Assembly (NCBI GenBank): GCA_963977015.1
Contig: CAXBMO010000006.1
Span: 192,001-256,000 of the forward strand
Reading direction: 5' to 3'
Length of the DNA stretch: 64,000 bases
From: an uncultured bacterium
GTDB lineage: Bacteria; Verrucomicrobiota; Verrucomicrobiia; Verrucomicrobiales; DEV007
Position 1 is the first letter of the stretch, and every line of letters starts with the position of its first letter. Shown piece after piece: positions 43,189 through 51,963 of the stretch. The notes beneath the pieces are model-generated. The model was not told where the DNA came from and did no database searches. It saw nothing but the letters and a program-made list of their open reading frames with translations. A program made the position numbers and the translations under genes.

Positions 43189-43620
43189 GTGTCAGGAACC
43201 CAATCGAACTTGGCGAGCCCTGCGTCAACACCAACCGATATTGCAATGACCAAAGGCCAGCTAATGGAAAAATTGATGAAAAAGCTTAGGCTCGGGAAGA
43301 AGTCAACACCCGATCCGCCCCAGTCTGAGACAACGCCTTCACCTGATCCTTCTGCAACGCAGACAGAAAACCAGGGAACAACACACGACACTGCGATGCC
43401 TTCCGGCACCGCATCGTCAGTCCAGCCCGAAGTTGCCTCGGGGCCACCCGTTGGCAGTCCGGTGGCCGGAGGTGCATCCACGATGGGAAGCGAATCCGGG
43501 GGAGCAGTCGCACCAGAACCGCCATCACCGGACGCAAGTGCCGGTCAAATCGGCGGAACGTCGGGCGAGCAAAAACCGGACCAAGCGAAGAAACAGGAAG
43601 AGTTGCCTCCAGACACCTAG
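43189..43620 (+). CDS. Pro/Ser/Thr-rich low-complexity hypothetical protein
   Basis: 143-aa ORF co-oriented with the upstream cluster. Confidence 0.45.
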   Translation: MSGTQSNLASPASTPTDIAMTKGQLMEKLMKKLRLGKKSTPDPPQSETTPSPDPSATQTENQGTTHDTAMPSGTASSVQPEVASGPPVGSPVAGGASTMGSESGGAVAPEPPSPDASAGQIGGTSGEQKPDQAKKQEELPPDT

Positions 43621-43758
43621 GGGATCGAATTCGGATCCAGCTTTTCAGGAGTTCCTCTCATTGCTGACCGCGATCCGCCGCTCATCCTGCGGGTCAGCCC
43701 CTGACCGTTTCGCAAAAGTCACTTGCATTCACAGGAAGAACGGACGCTAGGATGCGGG

Positions 43759-45606
43759 GTGACTACCGCCATTCTTACCGCTTTTGTGGTTGGGTTGATC
43801 AGCGCACTATCCCTTCCGCTGGGAACGCTGACTTCGGCGTTTTGGCGACCCGGTGACCGGACGATTGCCTTCCTGATGGCGTTCGGTGGCGGCGCCTTGA
43901 TCGCGGCGTTGACGATCGATCTCGCGGGGCCGGCGTTGGCGAAAGGCCACTTCAATTGGCTCGCATCCGGATGTATCCTCGGCGGATTGCTCTTTGTGCT
44001 CCTCGATCAGACGATCAATCAACACGGCGGTTTCCTGCGAAAGATGTCGACCACCGTCTATCACTTGCGCCTCAAGGAAACCCGCCGTTTCAAACGCGCG
44101 TTGCGACAGCTCAAACGGTTGGAGGTGTTCACCGGGTTGCCGCGCGATACCATTTCGAAATTGACGGAATCGGCGAGGTATCAGCGGGTCAAGAAGGGGG
44201 AAACGCTCTTTTGCGAGGGAGATGTCAGTGGGTGTCTGTATGTGGTCGAGGAAGGTGAGTTCGAGTTGTTAGACCCGAAAGACGGGATGAAGCAACTGAT
44301 GCGGGTGAAGAGGAATGATGCCTTTGGCTACAATGCCTTCCTTACGGGTTGTCCCCACGCGGCGGTGGCGAAGGCGCATCGTGATGGGGGCGTGCTGATT
44401 TTGGCACGGTCGGTCTTCGAGCCGGTGGCGACCGAGTGCGACGTCTTGCAGCACAAGATGACGGAATACTTTGAGGCCGAAGACACCGCGCGCTATCTGC
44501 GGGAACGCCAGGGGCTTACCGGCGAGGAGATCGAAAGCTGGAGATCGACGGCAATCGAGGCGGTGAAGGCCGGCAAGCCGATTCCGTCTGCGGTCGACTC
44601 GGATCGGCAGGAACCGCCGCTGAGCGAAATCCTGGAACAGGTCAGTCGAATCCCGATCTTTCAGGGATTGCCGGACGAGGATATTCAGTTTCTCGCGTCC
44701 TGTTGTTTCACGAAAAGTCATCCGCGCGGTCACACGTTCTTTTATGCGGGAGAGTCGAGCGAGCGGCTCCATATCCTGGAAGCCGGGCAAGTCGTCCTCC
44801 TTGATCCGAAGAAACCGGATCGCAAACCGCTGCGGCTCGATGCCTGCGACGAGTTTGGCGCGCTGTCGTTCCTGACCGGAGCCAAACACAGTGTGAGCGC
44901 GGTCGCCTCCTCCGATGTGACGGTGCGGATTCTCCTGCGTCGCCACTTTGACGAATTGATGAAGCGCTCGCCGGCATTCGCCTCCGCGGTGGAAGACTTC
45001 ATCCAACAGGAAACGCTCGCCCGCTATCTGCAGGACAAGCAACAGTTCGATTCGGACAAAACGGCGCGTTGGGTTTCGCAGGCGGTGGGACGCTCGGAAG
45101 GCGGCAAGCTGTTGCCGTCAGCCGCCGATATGACGCGCGAGATTCAGCAGCACCAGGGCGCGCCGCTCGCCATCTGGCTCGGAATTCTGCTTGATGGCAT
45201 CCCGGAATCGCTCGTCATTGGCGCCAGCGTCGGGAGCAAGGGCTTTGTCAGCATGTCCCTCATTGCCGGGGTCTTCCTGTCCAACTACCCGGAAGCCCTC
45301 TCGAGCTCGGTCGGCATGAAACAGCAGGGAATGCCGTTTCGCCGCATTCTTCTCATGTGGACATCGTTGATGATCCTGACGGGGATTGGCGCCGCGCTCG
45401 GCGTCATCTTCTTCGTCGGGGCGCCACCGGGAATGTTTTCGCTCGTGGAAGGCATCGCCGCGGGAGCCATGCTCACGATGATCGCCCAGACCATGCTTCC
45501 CGAAGCCTACTTGAAAGGTGGCTCCATTACCGGATTCGCAACCCTGTTGGGATTCCTCGCCGCGATCTTTTTCAAGACGCTTGAAGGTGGTGGCGGTGGG
45601 CATTGA
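43759..45606 (+). CDS. ZIP-family transporter with two inserted cyclic-nucleotide-binding domains
   Basis: ZIP TM1-3 (AFGGGALIAALT), two cNMP domains (GETLFCEGD..LYVVEEG; GHTFFYAGE..LHILEAG, FGALSFL), ZIP TM4-8 (LDGIPES, SNYPEA, GAML..IA.TMLPEA). Confidence 0.85.
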   Translation: MTTAILTAFVVGLISALSLPLGTLTSAFWRPGDRTIAFLMAFGGGALIAALTIDLAGPALAKGHFNWLASGCILGGLLFVLLDQTINQHGGFLRKMSTTVYHLRLKETRRFKRALRQLKRLEVFTGLPRDTISKLTESARYQRVKKGETLFCEGDVSGCLYVVEEGEFELLDPKDGMKQLMRVKRNDAFGYNAFLTGCPHAAVAKAHRDGGVLILARSVFEPVATECDVLQHKMTEYFEAEDTARYLRERQGLTGEEIESWRSTAIEAVKAGKPIPSAVDSDRQEPPLSEILEQVSRIPIFQGLPDEDIQFLASCCFTKSHPRGHTFFYAGESSERLHILEAGQVVLLDPKKPDRKPLRLDACDEFGALSFLTGAKHSVSAVASSDVTVRILLRRHFDELMKRSPAFASAVEDFIQQETLARYLQDKQQFDSDKTARWVSQAVGRSEGGKLLPSAADMTREIQQHQGAPLAIWLGILLDGIPESLVIGASVGSKGFVSMSLIAGVFLSNYPEALSSSVGMKQQGMPFRRILLMWTSLMILTGIGAALGVIFFVGAPPGMFSLVEGIAAGAMLTMIAQTMLPEAYLKGGSITGFATLLGFLAAIFFKTLEGGGGGH

Positions 45607-45696
45607 TCGTCCTGACGTTCCCGATCCAAAGCGTTCTTGTTCTTGGCAAAAGGCTGGACTCAGCTACGCTTCAAGACCCGAATTCTTCCGACGACG

Positions 45697-45885
45697 ATGC
45701 TTCTACTCCTTCCCATTCTCCTGGCGGCGGTCGCCTATGTCATCGCGGGATTCATCATCGCCTGCCGAACGAAGAATCCGGTCGTGCGATGGGGGTTTGG
45801 GGTTTCGGCCGCGCTCACGCTCTTGGCGCTCATCTTCGGAGCCTTCGTTGTCTTCTTCGGCACCCAGCTTCCAGCTCCTCCCTGA
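45697..45885 (+). CDS. Small two-TM membrane protein
   Basis: Two hydrophobic segments, 62 aa. Confidence 0.5.
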   Translation: MLLLLPILLAAVAYVIAGFIIACRTKNPVVRWGFGVSAALTLLALIFGAFVVFFGTQLPAPP

Positions 45886-45892
45886 GGCGGGA

Positions 45893-47677
45893 TCACCAGG
45901 ATTTAATGGTATTGCTGAGCCGTTTCTCGGTCTGTGGATCTCTCGAAACGTTGCGATACGTGATGTCGTAGTGATAGGAAAGAAGATCGTCGGCAAACTG
46001 AATTGGGATCTCCTCGTTTTGGAGAGATTGGAGATGTTGCGCCAAAGTGCGTCCCGTCGGCATGGGATGACCGAGGCGCGCGCAGGCTTGATGGAATAGC
46101 ATGAGATAGCCTGGAGTCGGTGACGAATGCGCGGAAAGTCCCTGCATCGTGCCACGACTGGACCTTCCGCGTTGGAAGGCCCGCAGGAAAACCAGAATGG
46201 TGAGCCCGATTCCGAGGGCGATGAAAACCCACACTGAACTGCTGGGAAGCGCGATTCCAATCCGCCGACCGTTTCCTTCGCCCTCGTTGTGGAGGAACTC
46301 TTTCAATGCGGGGGGATTCTCGCCGGGAGTGGTCGTCATCGCCTGTGGCCGTGAAGGTGTCGGCGTTGTGTCAAACACGACCCAACCGTAGTCCTGAAGG
46401 TGGATCTCGGTCCAGGCGTGGCCGTGTTTGCTAAGAAAAACGAATTGGTCGTGCTTCTGGTAATGTCGCCCCCCGGTCCAACCAAAACAAATGCGGGACG
46501 GGACTCCCAGCTCGCGCGTGAGGAGCGCGGAGGCCGAGGCAAAGTGCACGCAAAAGCCCTTTCCGGTTTCCGGGTTGCCCAGAAAGTTCTCCAACGCGCA
46601 CTTCCCATTGTCCGGATAGTTCACGAGAAGCGAATAGGAGTAGGTGTTGCGCAGCCATTCCTGCAATTGGACGAGGCGTTCGCTCAGCGAGGCGGTGCCG
46701 TCAAACTGCATCGAGAGGGACTGGATCTGCGCTTGCAAGCCGGGATGGGAGGTCGGCGCGCGATAGACCGCCTCTGTCTCCCCGGGCGCGATTGAGCGCC
46801 CATTGGAAACCAGGTCTTCCAACCGCAGCGGCGATGAACTGGCTTCGTATTGGTAGTGTTTGACTTGAGGGCTGAGGATAGGGAGTAGCCAGGTTCCCGG
46901 TGAAATTCGGGTCACTTCCGGAAGCTGGACCGTAAGGCCGCCCTGGAGAAGGTTGACCGTATTCAACCGGTCGAAGTGGCGCCCGTGCAGGATTGAGTAT
47001 TCGTAGGAAGGTGCCGAGTTGGGCGCATGCAAAGGAATCAGTCCATCGCGATTTGGCGACACGGTTTGCGAATCCGTGACGGCTTGAGTGGTCCAGCGAT
47101 CACCGTCAAAAAAATCGTGCGCGAACGCGCTGATGTAGACCGGGCCGGAGTTGGCGAGCCGTTCGGCGTCTTTGGAGGTCTTCATCTCCAAACGAACCTC
47201 CGGTTTGTCCTTCAGCGTCAGGTTCGCCGAAGTCGGAACCGCGGCTCCGCTTGGATCAAAGGTGGTCCGCACTTCGGTGTGAACGTCGCCGCTGAAGAAC
47301 TGCATCTGCCCCGCCTCCGCGGCATCCCAATCAATCTCCCCCTCCTCGCCGGCCTCCAGTTGAACCTCGTCAGTCCGGACGAGTTTGTAGCTCCATCGGG
47401 TGGCCGTGGTGGGTCCGAAAACGAAGAGGAGATAGAGCACAACCAAACTCAGGGTGATGGCGCTCCCGCCCGCGACCCGGTCGAGCCGGCTGGGTTTTTG
47501 GCGGTGTTGAAAGTGGGGCGCATGAGGCGTTGGTGCGAGCCGGCTCATCAGCCCAAAGGCAGCTGCCAGCGAAGCAAGCGCGACAAACGTTCGGAGCCAG
47601 AAGTCCAATTGCACCGGCCATCCTCGAAGCGTCAGGAAGGCGAGCAGCAAGGCGGGAATGAGGATGAGGCGCTCCAT
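45893..47677 (-). CDS. Membrane-anchored transglutaminase-like protein
   Basis: GFCVHFASA, HGHAWTEI, WVVFDTTP catalytic triad motifs. Confidence 0.88.
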   Translation of the reverse strand: MERLILIPALLLAFLTLRGWPVQLDFWLRTFVALASLAAAFGLMSRLAPTPHAPHFQHRQKPSRLDRVAGGSAITLSLVVLYLLFVFGPTTATRWSYKLVRTDEVQLEAGEEGEIDWDAAEAGQMQFFSGDVHTEVRTTFDPSGAAVPTSANLTLKDKPEVRLEMKTSKDAERLANSGPVYISAFAHDFFDGDRWTTQAVTDSQTVSPNRDGLIPLHAPNSAPSYEYSILHGRHFDRLNTVNLLQGGLTVQLPEVTRISPGTWLLPILSPQVKHYQYEASSSPLRLEDLVSNGRSIAPGETEAVYRAPTSHPGLQAQIQSLSMQFDGTASLSERLVQLQEWLRNTYSYSLLVNYPDNGKCALENFLGNPETGKGFCVHFASASALLTRELGVPSRICFGWTGGRHYQKHDQFVFLSKHGHAWTEIHLQDYGWVVFDTTPTPSRPQAMTTTPGENPPALKEFLHNEGEGNGRRIGIALPSSSVWVFIALGIGLTILVFLRAFQRGRSSRGTMQGLSAHSSPTPGYLMLFHQACARLGHPMPTGRTLAQHLQSLQNEEIPIQFADDLLSYHYDITYRNVSRDPQTEKRLSNTIKSW

Positions 47678-47679
47678 GT

Positions 47680-48813
47680 TCAGGGAATCAGTTGCATCCG
47701 GCGTTTGCGAAAACGGACTTGCCGGATGTCGACGATGATCACCTGCGGATGGGTCGACGGAACCAGGTGGATCCAGTTGTCCGGCGGTGAATCGGAAACC
47801 ACGATCAGCTGTTCATCGGTCGGGACGCTCTGGAGGATCTCGGCAAGCTCGCTCGGCTTCGTCGGTTTGGGATGTGGGGTTTGCGCGAGGAGGGCGAGGC
47901 AATCGGAGTATTGGGCGCGGTTCTCGCAGGGGCGACAGAGCCAGTTCGTAAAGTCGGCTTGCAGCGTGATCCTGGTCTGGCCCGCCTGGAGATAGTTCAG
48001 GGTCCCGGCGACCAGCGAAAGTCCGCGTTCAAAACGGTCAAACCGAATCACCTCACCGGTCGTGGGTTGGGAATGGAAAATGAGGCGACAGCGATAAGGA
48101 TGAAAACCCGGCGGATCGTAGGCTCTCACCTGCAAACTCTGGTCCCGGGCCAACGAGCGCGCCGTCGCGGATTGATGAATCCGGTTCGCCGGATCGCCCG
48201 GCTGATACGGTCGCACCCCGCGTGGTTCGCCCAGAAAATCTCCCATCGCGATTCCGCTCGTCGGCATGTTGTCCGGTTGCGCCCCTTCCGAAAGCAGCTC
48301 GAGCGGCGTGATGAGGCGCGGGTAAACCAGGACCGGAGCGGGAACCGTCAAGCTTCGGCGAACCTCGAACAGCCCCAACGGAAACCGCGAAACCAACTCG
48401 GTCTCCACCTCGGAAAAGGCGGAGCGCACGGGAATACTAAGCCGATCATGAAGCGCGGAGCCGCTGCCGACCGGGGTCCAGGGCAGGTAACCGAGACGCT
48501 CGACGTTTTGCGGAAATCGGATCGCCACCGTCACCTGGTAGGCATCCAGCAAGCGCCGCCCGTTCCACAACTCCGCATTGTAGGGAACGCTTCGAGCCGC
48601 ATGAAAACGTCGCGGCACCTGAAGCCTCAGCTCCAGATTTCGCAGGTTCAACGGAGCGAGAACCTGGCCGCACCCCACCAGCAGCAGACCACAGAATCCC
48701 AACGTCATCATCGCCCCGTCATGGAACAGGGTTCCGACAATGAGCAGCATCGCCGCGCCACAAGCGAGAGCGACGCCGAGTCCGGTGATCGTGCGGTGAA
48801 TCCCTTGTTCCAC
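47680..48813 (-). CDS. DUF58 domain protein
   Basis: SRFPLGLF, VLVYPR, GVRPYQPGDPANRIH..ATAR. Confidence 0.85.
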   Translation of the reverse strand: MEQGIHRTITGLGVALACGAAMLLIVGTLFHDGAMMTLGFCGLLLVGCGQVLAPLNLRNLELRLQVPRRFHAARSVPYNAELWNGRRLLDAYQVTVAIRFPQNVERLGYLPWTPVGSGSALHDRLSIPVRSAFSEVETELVSRFPLGLFEVRRSLTVPAPVLVYPRLITPLELLSEGAQPDNMPTSGIAMGDFLGEPRGVRPYQPGDPANRIHQSATARSLARDQSLQVRAYDPPGFHPYRCRLIFHSQPTTGEVIRFDRFERGLSLVAGTLNYLQAGQTRITLQADFTNWLCRPCENRAQYSDCLALLAQTPHPKPTKPSELAEILQSVPTDEQLIVVSDSPPDNWIHLVPSTHPQVIIVDIRQVRFRKRRMQLIP

Positions 48814-49728
48814 CTAACCCACCTTGGTTTGTTCGAGAGCCTGGGCAATCGCCAGCTCGGGATCACTTCCATCCTCGCAAATCAACCGGTGCCGCATCAC
48901 GTGGGGAAACATCTCCTGCACGTGTTCCGGCAGCGTCGCCGATTCTCCCGCAATCAACGCCCGCGCCTGCGACGCGCGCAACAGTGCAATCGATCCGCGA
49001 ACCGAGACCGTATGCTCGCCGCCGGCCAATCGGCGCAACGTCTCACTCAACGCGACGACATAACGCGTTAGCTCATCACTCACCGTCAGCTCGGGAACCC
49101 GGCTTTGCAGCTTCACCACATCATCCGGACTCAACAACGATTCTGTGGAGGCCGAATCGAGGTCGTCGGACGCATGCGTCCGCAGAATTTTCGCCTGCAC
49201 CGTGGGGGAGGGGAGGCTCATCGGGATCGAAAGCAGAAAGCGATCCAGCTGCGGCTCCGGCAAGGGAAACGTCCCCGTCGTCGACGTGTTGTTCTGCGTC
49301 GCGATGACCATGAACGGCGCCTCCAAACCGCGGGTTTCCCCATCGATCGTCACCTGTCCCTCGTTCATCGCCTCCAGCAGGGCCGACTGCACCCGGGGCG
49401 ACGTCCGGTTGATCTCATCCGCCAGAACGAGATTCGCAAAAACCGGCCCCGGCACAAAGGTGAACTCGTTCGTATGCGCCCGATACAGATTGTAGCCGAG
49501 AATGTCCGACGGCAGCAGATCGGGCGTAAACTGGATGCGCTTGAACGTTCCGCCAATCCCGGTCGCCAGCGCATGCGCAATCGACGTCTTCCCGATTCCC
49601 GGCGGCCCCTCGATCAGGGCGTGACCCTTCGCCAGCAACGCCGTCAGCAGCAGGTTGGCAGGCTCTTCCGCCCCCAACACCGTGGACACCAGGCGTTGAC
49701 GAAGTTGATGCAATCTCTCAGTAGGCAC
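48814..49728 (-). CDS. MoxR-family AAA+ ATPase
   Basis: EGPPGIGKT, RIQFTPDLLPSD, LADEINR, ATQN, PLPEPQLDRF. Confidence 0.93.
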   Translation of the reverse strand: MPTERLHQLRQRLVSTVLGAEEPANLLLTALLAKGHALIEGPPGIGKTSIAHALATGIGGTFKRIQFTPDLLPSDILGYNLYRAHTNEFTFVPGPVFANLVLADEINRTSPRVQSALLEAMNEGQVTIDGETRGLEAPFMVIATQNNTSTTGTFPLPEPQLDRFLLSIPMSLPSPTVQAKILRTHASDDLDSASTESLLSPDDVVKLQSRVPELTVSDELTRYVVALSETLRRLAGGEHTVSVRGSIALLRASQARALIAGESATLPEHVQEMFPHVMRHRLICEDGSDPELAIAQALEQTKVG

Positions 49729-49858
49729 TCGACAGTGATAGCGGGGCGGGGCGTGGATGAAAATGTCAAAATCCAGAATCTGGACCCGGAATCGTCCTTC
49801 CCGAGCTCGAAAAACGCCCGAGCCATCCCAACGGCTCGGGCGCAAACTGGAAACCTGT

Positions 49859-50203
49859 TTACGGCTCAGTCAGTAGTTCCACTACCTCCAACACCTTGTC
49901 CTTCGCGTAACTGTGCCCCTCCACCGTCGTAACGATTTCGCCCGCCGCATTGGTCGCGATAATGCCATGGGTTTTCAGGCCCGCTTTGGTGACTTTCTCT
50001 CGAACTCCCTCCGCCGTCATGCTGGCGGTCTCGAAGTTGATGGCATCACCCTGCTCGTTTTTGAGGTCATTCACGATGACCGTAATCTTGGCGCAAAGCG
50101 GTCATCCATCGAAGTACGCGTAAAACAGAGTCGGCTTCGAATCGTCGGCATTGGCAAAACCCGTCAGGGCCAGGAAGAGGATGATAGAATGGAGGTATTT
50201 CAT
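49859..50203 (-). CDS. Putative exported thioredoxin-fold selenoprotein (UxxC), 114 aa with in-frame TGA at codon 34
   Basis: MKYLHSIILFLALTGFANA-DDSKPTLFYAYFDG-U-PLC-AKITVIVNDLK...; TGA at 50104-50102 is in frame with the 71-aa ORF 49859-50074. Confidence 0.75.
50065..50081 (-). promoter_or_regulatory. Bacterial SECIS-like hairpin
   Basis: mRNA GGUCAU-CGUGA-AUGACC starts 20 nt after the UGA; G at loop position 2. Confidence 0.6.
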
Positions 50204-50289
50204 AAGAACTTTTCGACTATCACGCCAACCCCGCTTCTGGCGAACCATTTTTCGTGAAGGGGAATCCCCCAATCGTGTCACCTTCCAGC

Positions 50290-50378
50290 GTAAATTGGGA
50301 CACCGGCCCGTTCCCGCAGGCGAAGGGCCCGTTCGACCAGCCGGATTCTCTGGGGAACGGGTCAGTGCCCCGTTTTAC
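50290..50378. repeat. REP-doublet/MITE-like inverted repeat, degenerate copy
   Basis: GTAAATTGGGACACCGGCCCGTTCCC ... GGGAACGGGTCAGTGCCCCGTTTTAC. Confidence 0.75.
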
Positions 50379-50553
50379 TGGCGTGAATTGGACGCGATGG
50401 AATTGGGCCGGATATCTTGATGCGCTGAGTTGATCGGCAAATGGCTCACGGGGGAGTTCACGATCCGAACCAAGCTCCTGCTTTGGCGAGAAACCTACGA
50501 TTCGTCTCCTTCCTCACGTTGCGATCCGAAAAAATCGGTCTAGGCTCCGGGCC

Positions 50554-51630
50554 ATGAAAATCCCCATCTATTTTGTCGCCGCGCTTGGATTGACGTTCGC
50601 CGCCAACGCTGAGGAAGTCGCCGTGTTCGAGAGTGGAATGATCCAGCCGTTTTCGCTGATTTTCGCCGCAGATGGCACGGCCTACGGCGTCGAGTATGAA
50701 AAAGGGAATCGAGTCTTTACCATCAGCAAATCGGGGGAAGTCCGCTTCATCGCCGGTCGCAACACTCCGGGCGGCAAAAACCTTGGCGACGTGGCCGAAG
50801 GCGATGGGGGAAATATGGCCAAAGCGAGGTTCAACGGCATGCACGAACTGGCTCTTCATCCTGACGGGAAGCGCCTCTTTATCGCAGACACCTTTAACCA
50901 TCGGGTTCGCCTGATTGATCTGGAAACCGGCACCGTTTCCACCTTTGCGGGGCAAGGCGGCAACGCCGGATTCGGAGGTGATGGTGGCCCGGCCAGTGAA
51001 GCGAAATTTGACCAACCTTACACCGTCACCCTCAATCCCGCAGGCGACAAACTGCTGGTCCCCGATATCGGAAACCGCCGCGTTCGGGAAATTGATTTGG
51101 TTACCGGAAAAATCGTCACCATCGCTGGGAACGGAAAGGGAGGCATTCCCAAAGATGGTGAGCCGGCCACCGAGCAGCCACTCGTCTCGCCCCGTGCCGC
51201 CTGCTATGGATCGGACGGAACCATTTACCTTGCCTCCCGCAACGGAAACGCCGTTCGCGAGATCGATCCCCAGAGCAAAATTCGCACCATCGTCTCCCGA
51301 TCCGGCAAAGCTGGCTACTCTGGAGATGGCGGGCCCGCCGTTGACGCCCAACTCAACGGCCCCAAACATCATTGTCTCGACCCGCAGGGCAACCTCATCA
51401 TCACTGACGACGTCAACCATTGCATCCGGCTTTACGTTCCCGAGACCGGCAAGATTCACCTCATTGCTGGCGTTCCCCAAAAATCCGGAACCAAGGTCGG
51501 AAGCGGCCCCCTCGAAACCCAACTCAATCGCCCTCATGGTGCACGGATCGACGCCGAGGGAAGATTCTGGGTCTCCGACAGCATGAATCATCGCGTTTTG
51601 CGTTTTTCGGGGATGCCTAAGGTCGAGTAG
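50554..51630 (+). CDS. Exported NHL-repeat beta-propeller protein
   Basis: Signal peptide; repeated GDGGPA..A.(F/L)N.P and IADTFNHRVR units. Confidence 0.88.
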   Translation: MKIPIYFVAALGLTFAANAEEVAVFESGMIQPFSLIFAADGTAYGVEYEKGNRVFTISKSGEVRFIAGRNTPGGKNLGDVAEGDGGNMAKARFNGMHELALHPDGKRLFIADTFNHRVRLIDLETGTVSTFAGQGGNAGFGGDGGPASEAKFDQPYTVTLNPAGDKLLVPDIGNRRVREIDLVTGKIVTIAGNGKGGIPKDGEPATEQPLVSPRAACYGSDGTIYLASRNGNAVREIDPQSKIRTIVSRSGKAGYSGDGGPAVDAQLNGPKHHCLDPQGNLIITDDVNHCIRLYVPETGKIHLIAGVPQKSGTKVGSGPLETQLNRPHGARIDAEGRFWVSDSMNHRVLRFSGMPKVE

Positions 51631-51963
51631 GGCCTTTCATCGCGCGAACGGTCGATTTTCGATCGCGTTGGCCATGGAATGGGCGGCCTGCTGGGGCGAT
51701 GAGAAGCGCAGGAAAAAAGTCGTTAACGTGCGGATGTCGAATCCGAATTGCGGTTTCGCTTGCGAAGAAGGACTCCAAAATAGTCTCCTGCCGATCTTAC
51801 CACGGAACTGTTTATCGAGTCTTGATAACCATCTGTAGGCATCGCCTCTATTGAGCCGTAATCATTTCGTGTTGGACCAACGCGGCCGTCCGGAATTGAT
51901 TTTCAACAATGCGGAGCGAGAGGAGTCCAAGTCCGCGCACGTTGACTAAGCCCTGACTTTGGC

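Noticed and set aside
45893-49728. MoxR-DUF58-transglutaminase operon as a novel system
   Set aside because: It is a widespread, previously described gene triad.
50102-50104. In-frame TGA as evidence of a genome-wide alternative genetic code
   Set aside because: Many genes here end at TGA at their expected family C-termini (e.g. katG followed by a terminator, tpsB, DUF1501).
51631-51963. Long leader before the giant exported gene as a riboswitch or ncRNA
   Set aside because: Only short imperfect palindromes (e.g. TTATCGAG-T-CTTGATAA) and no riboswitch consensus I can recognise; an Rfam search would be needed.
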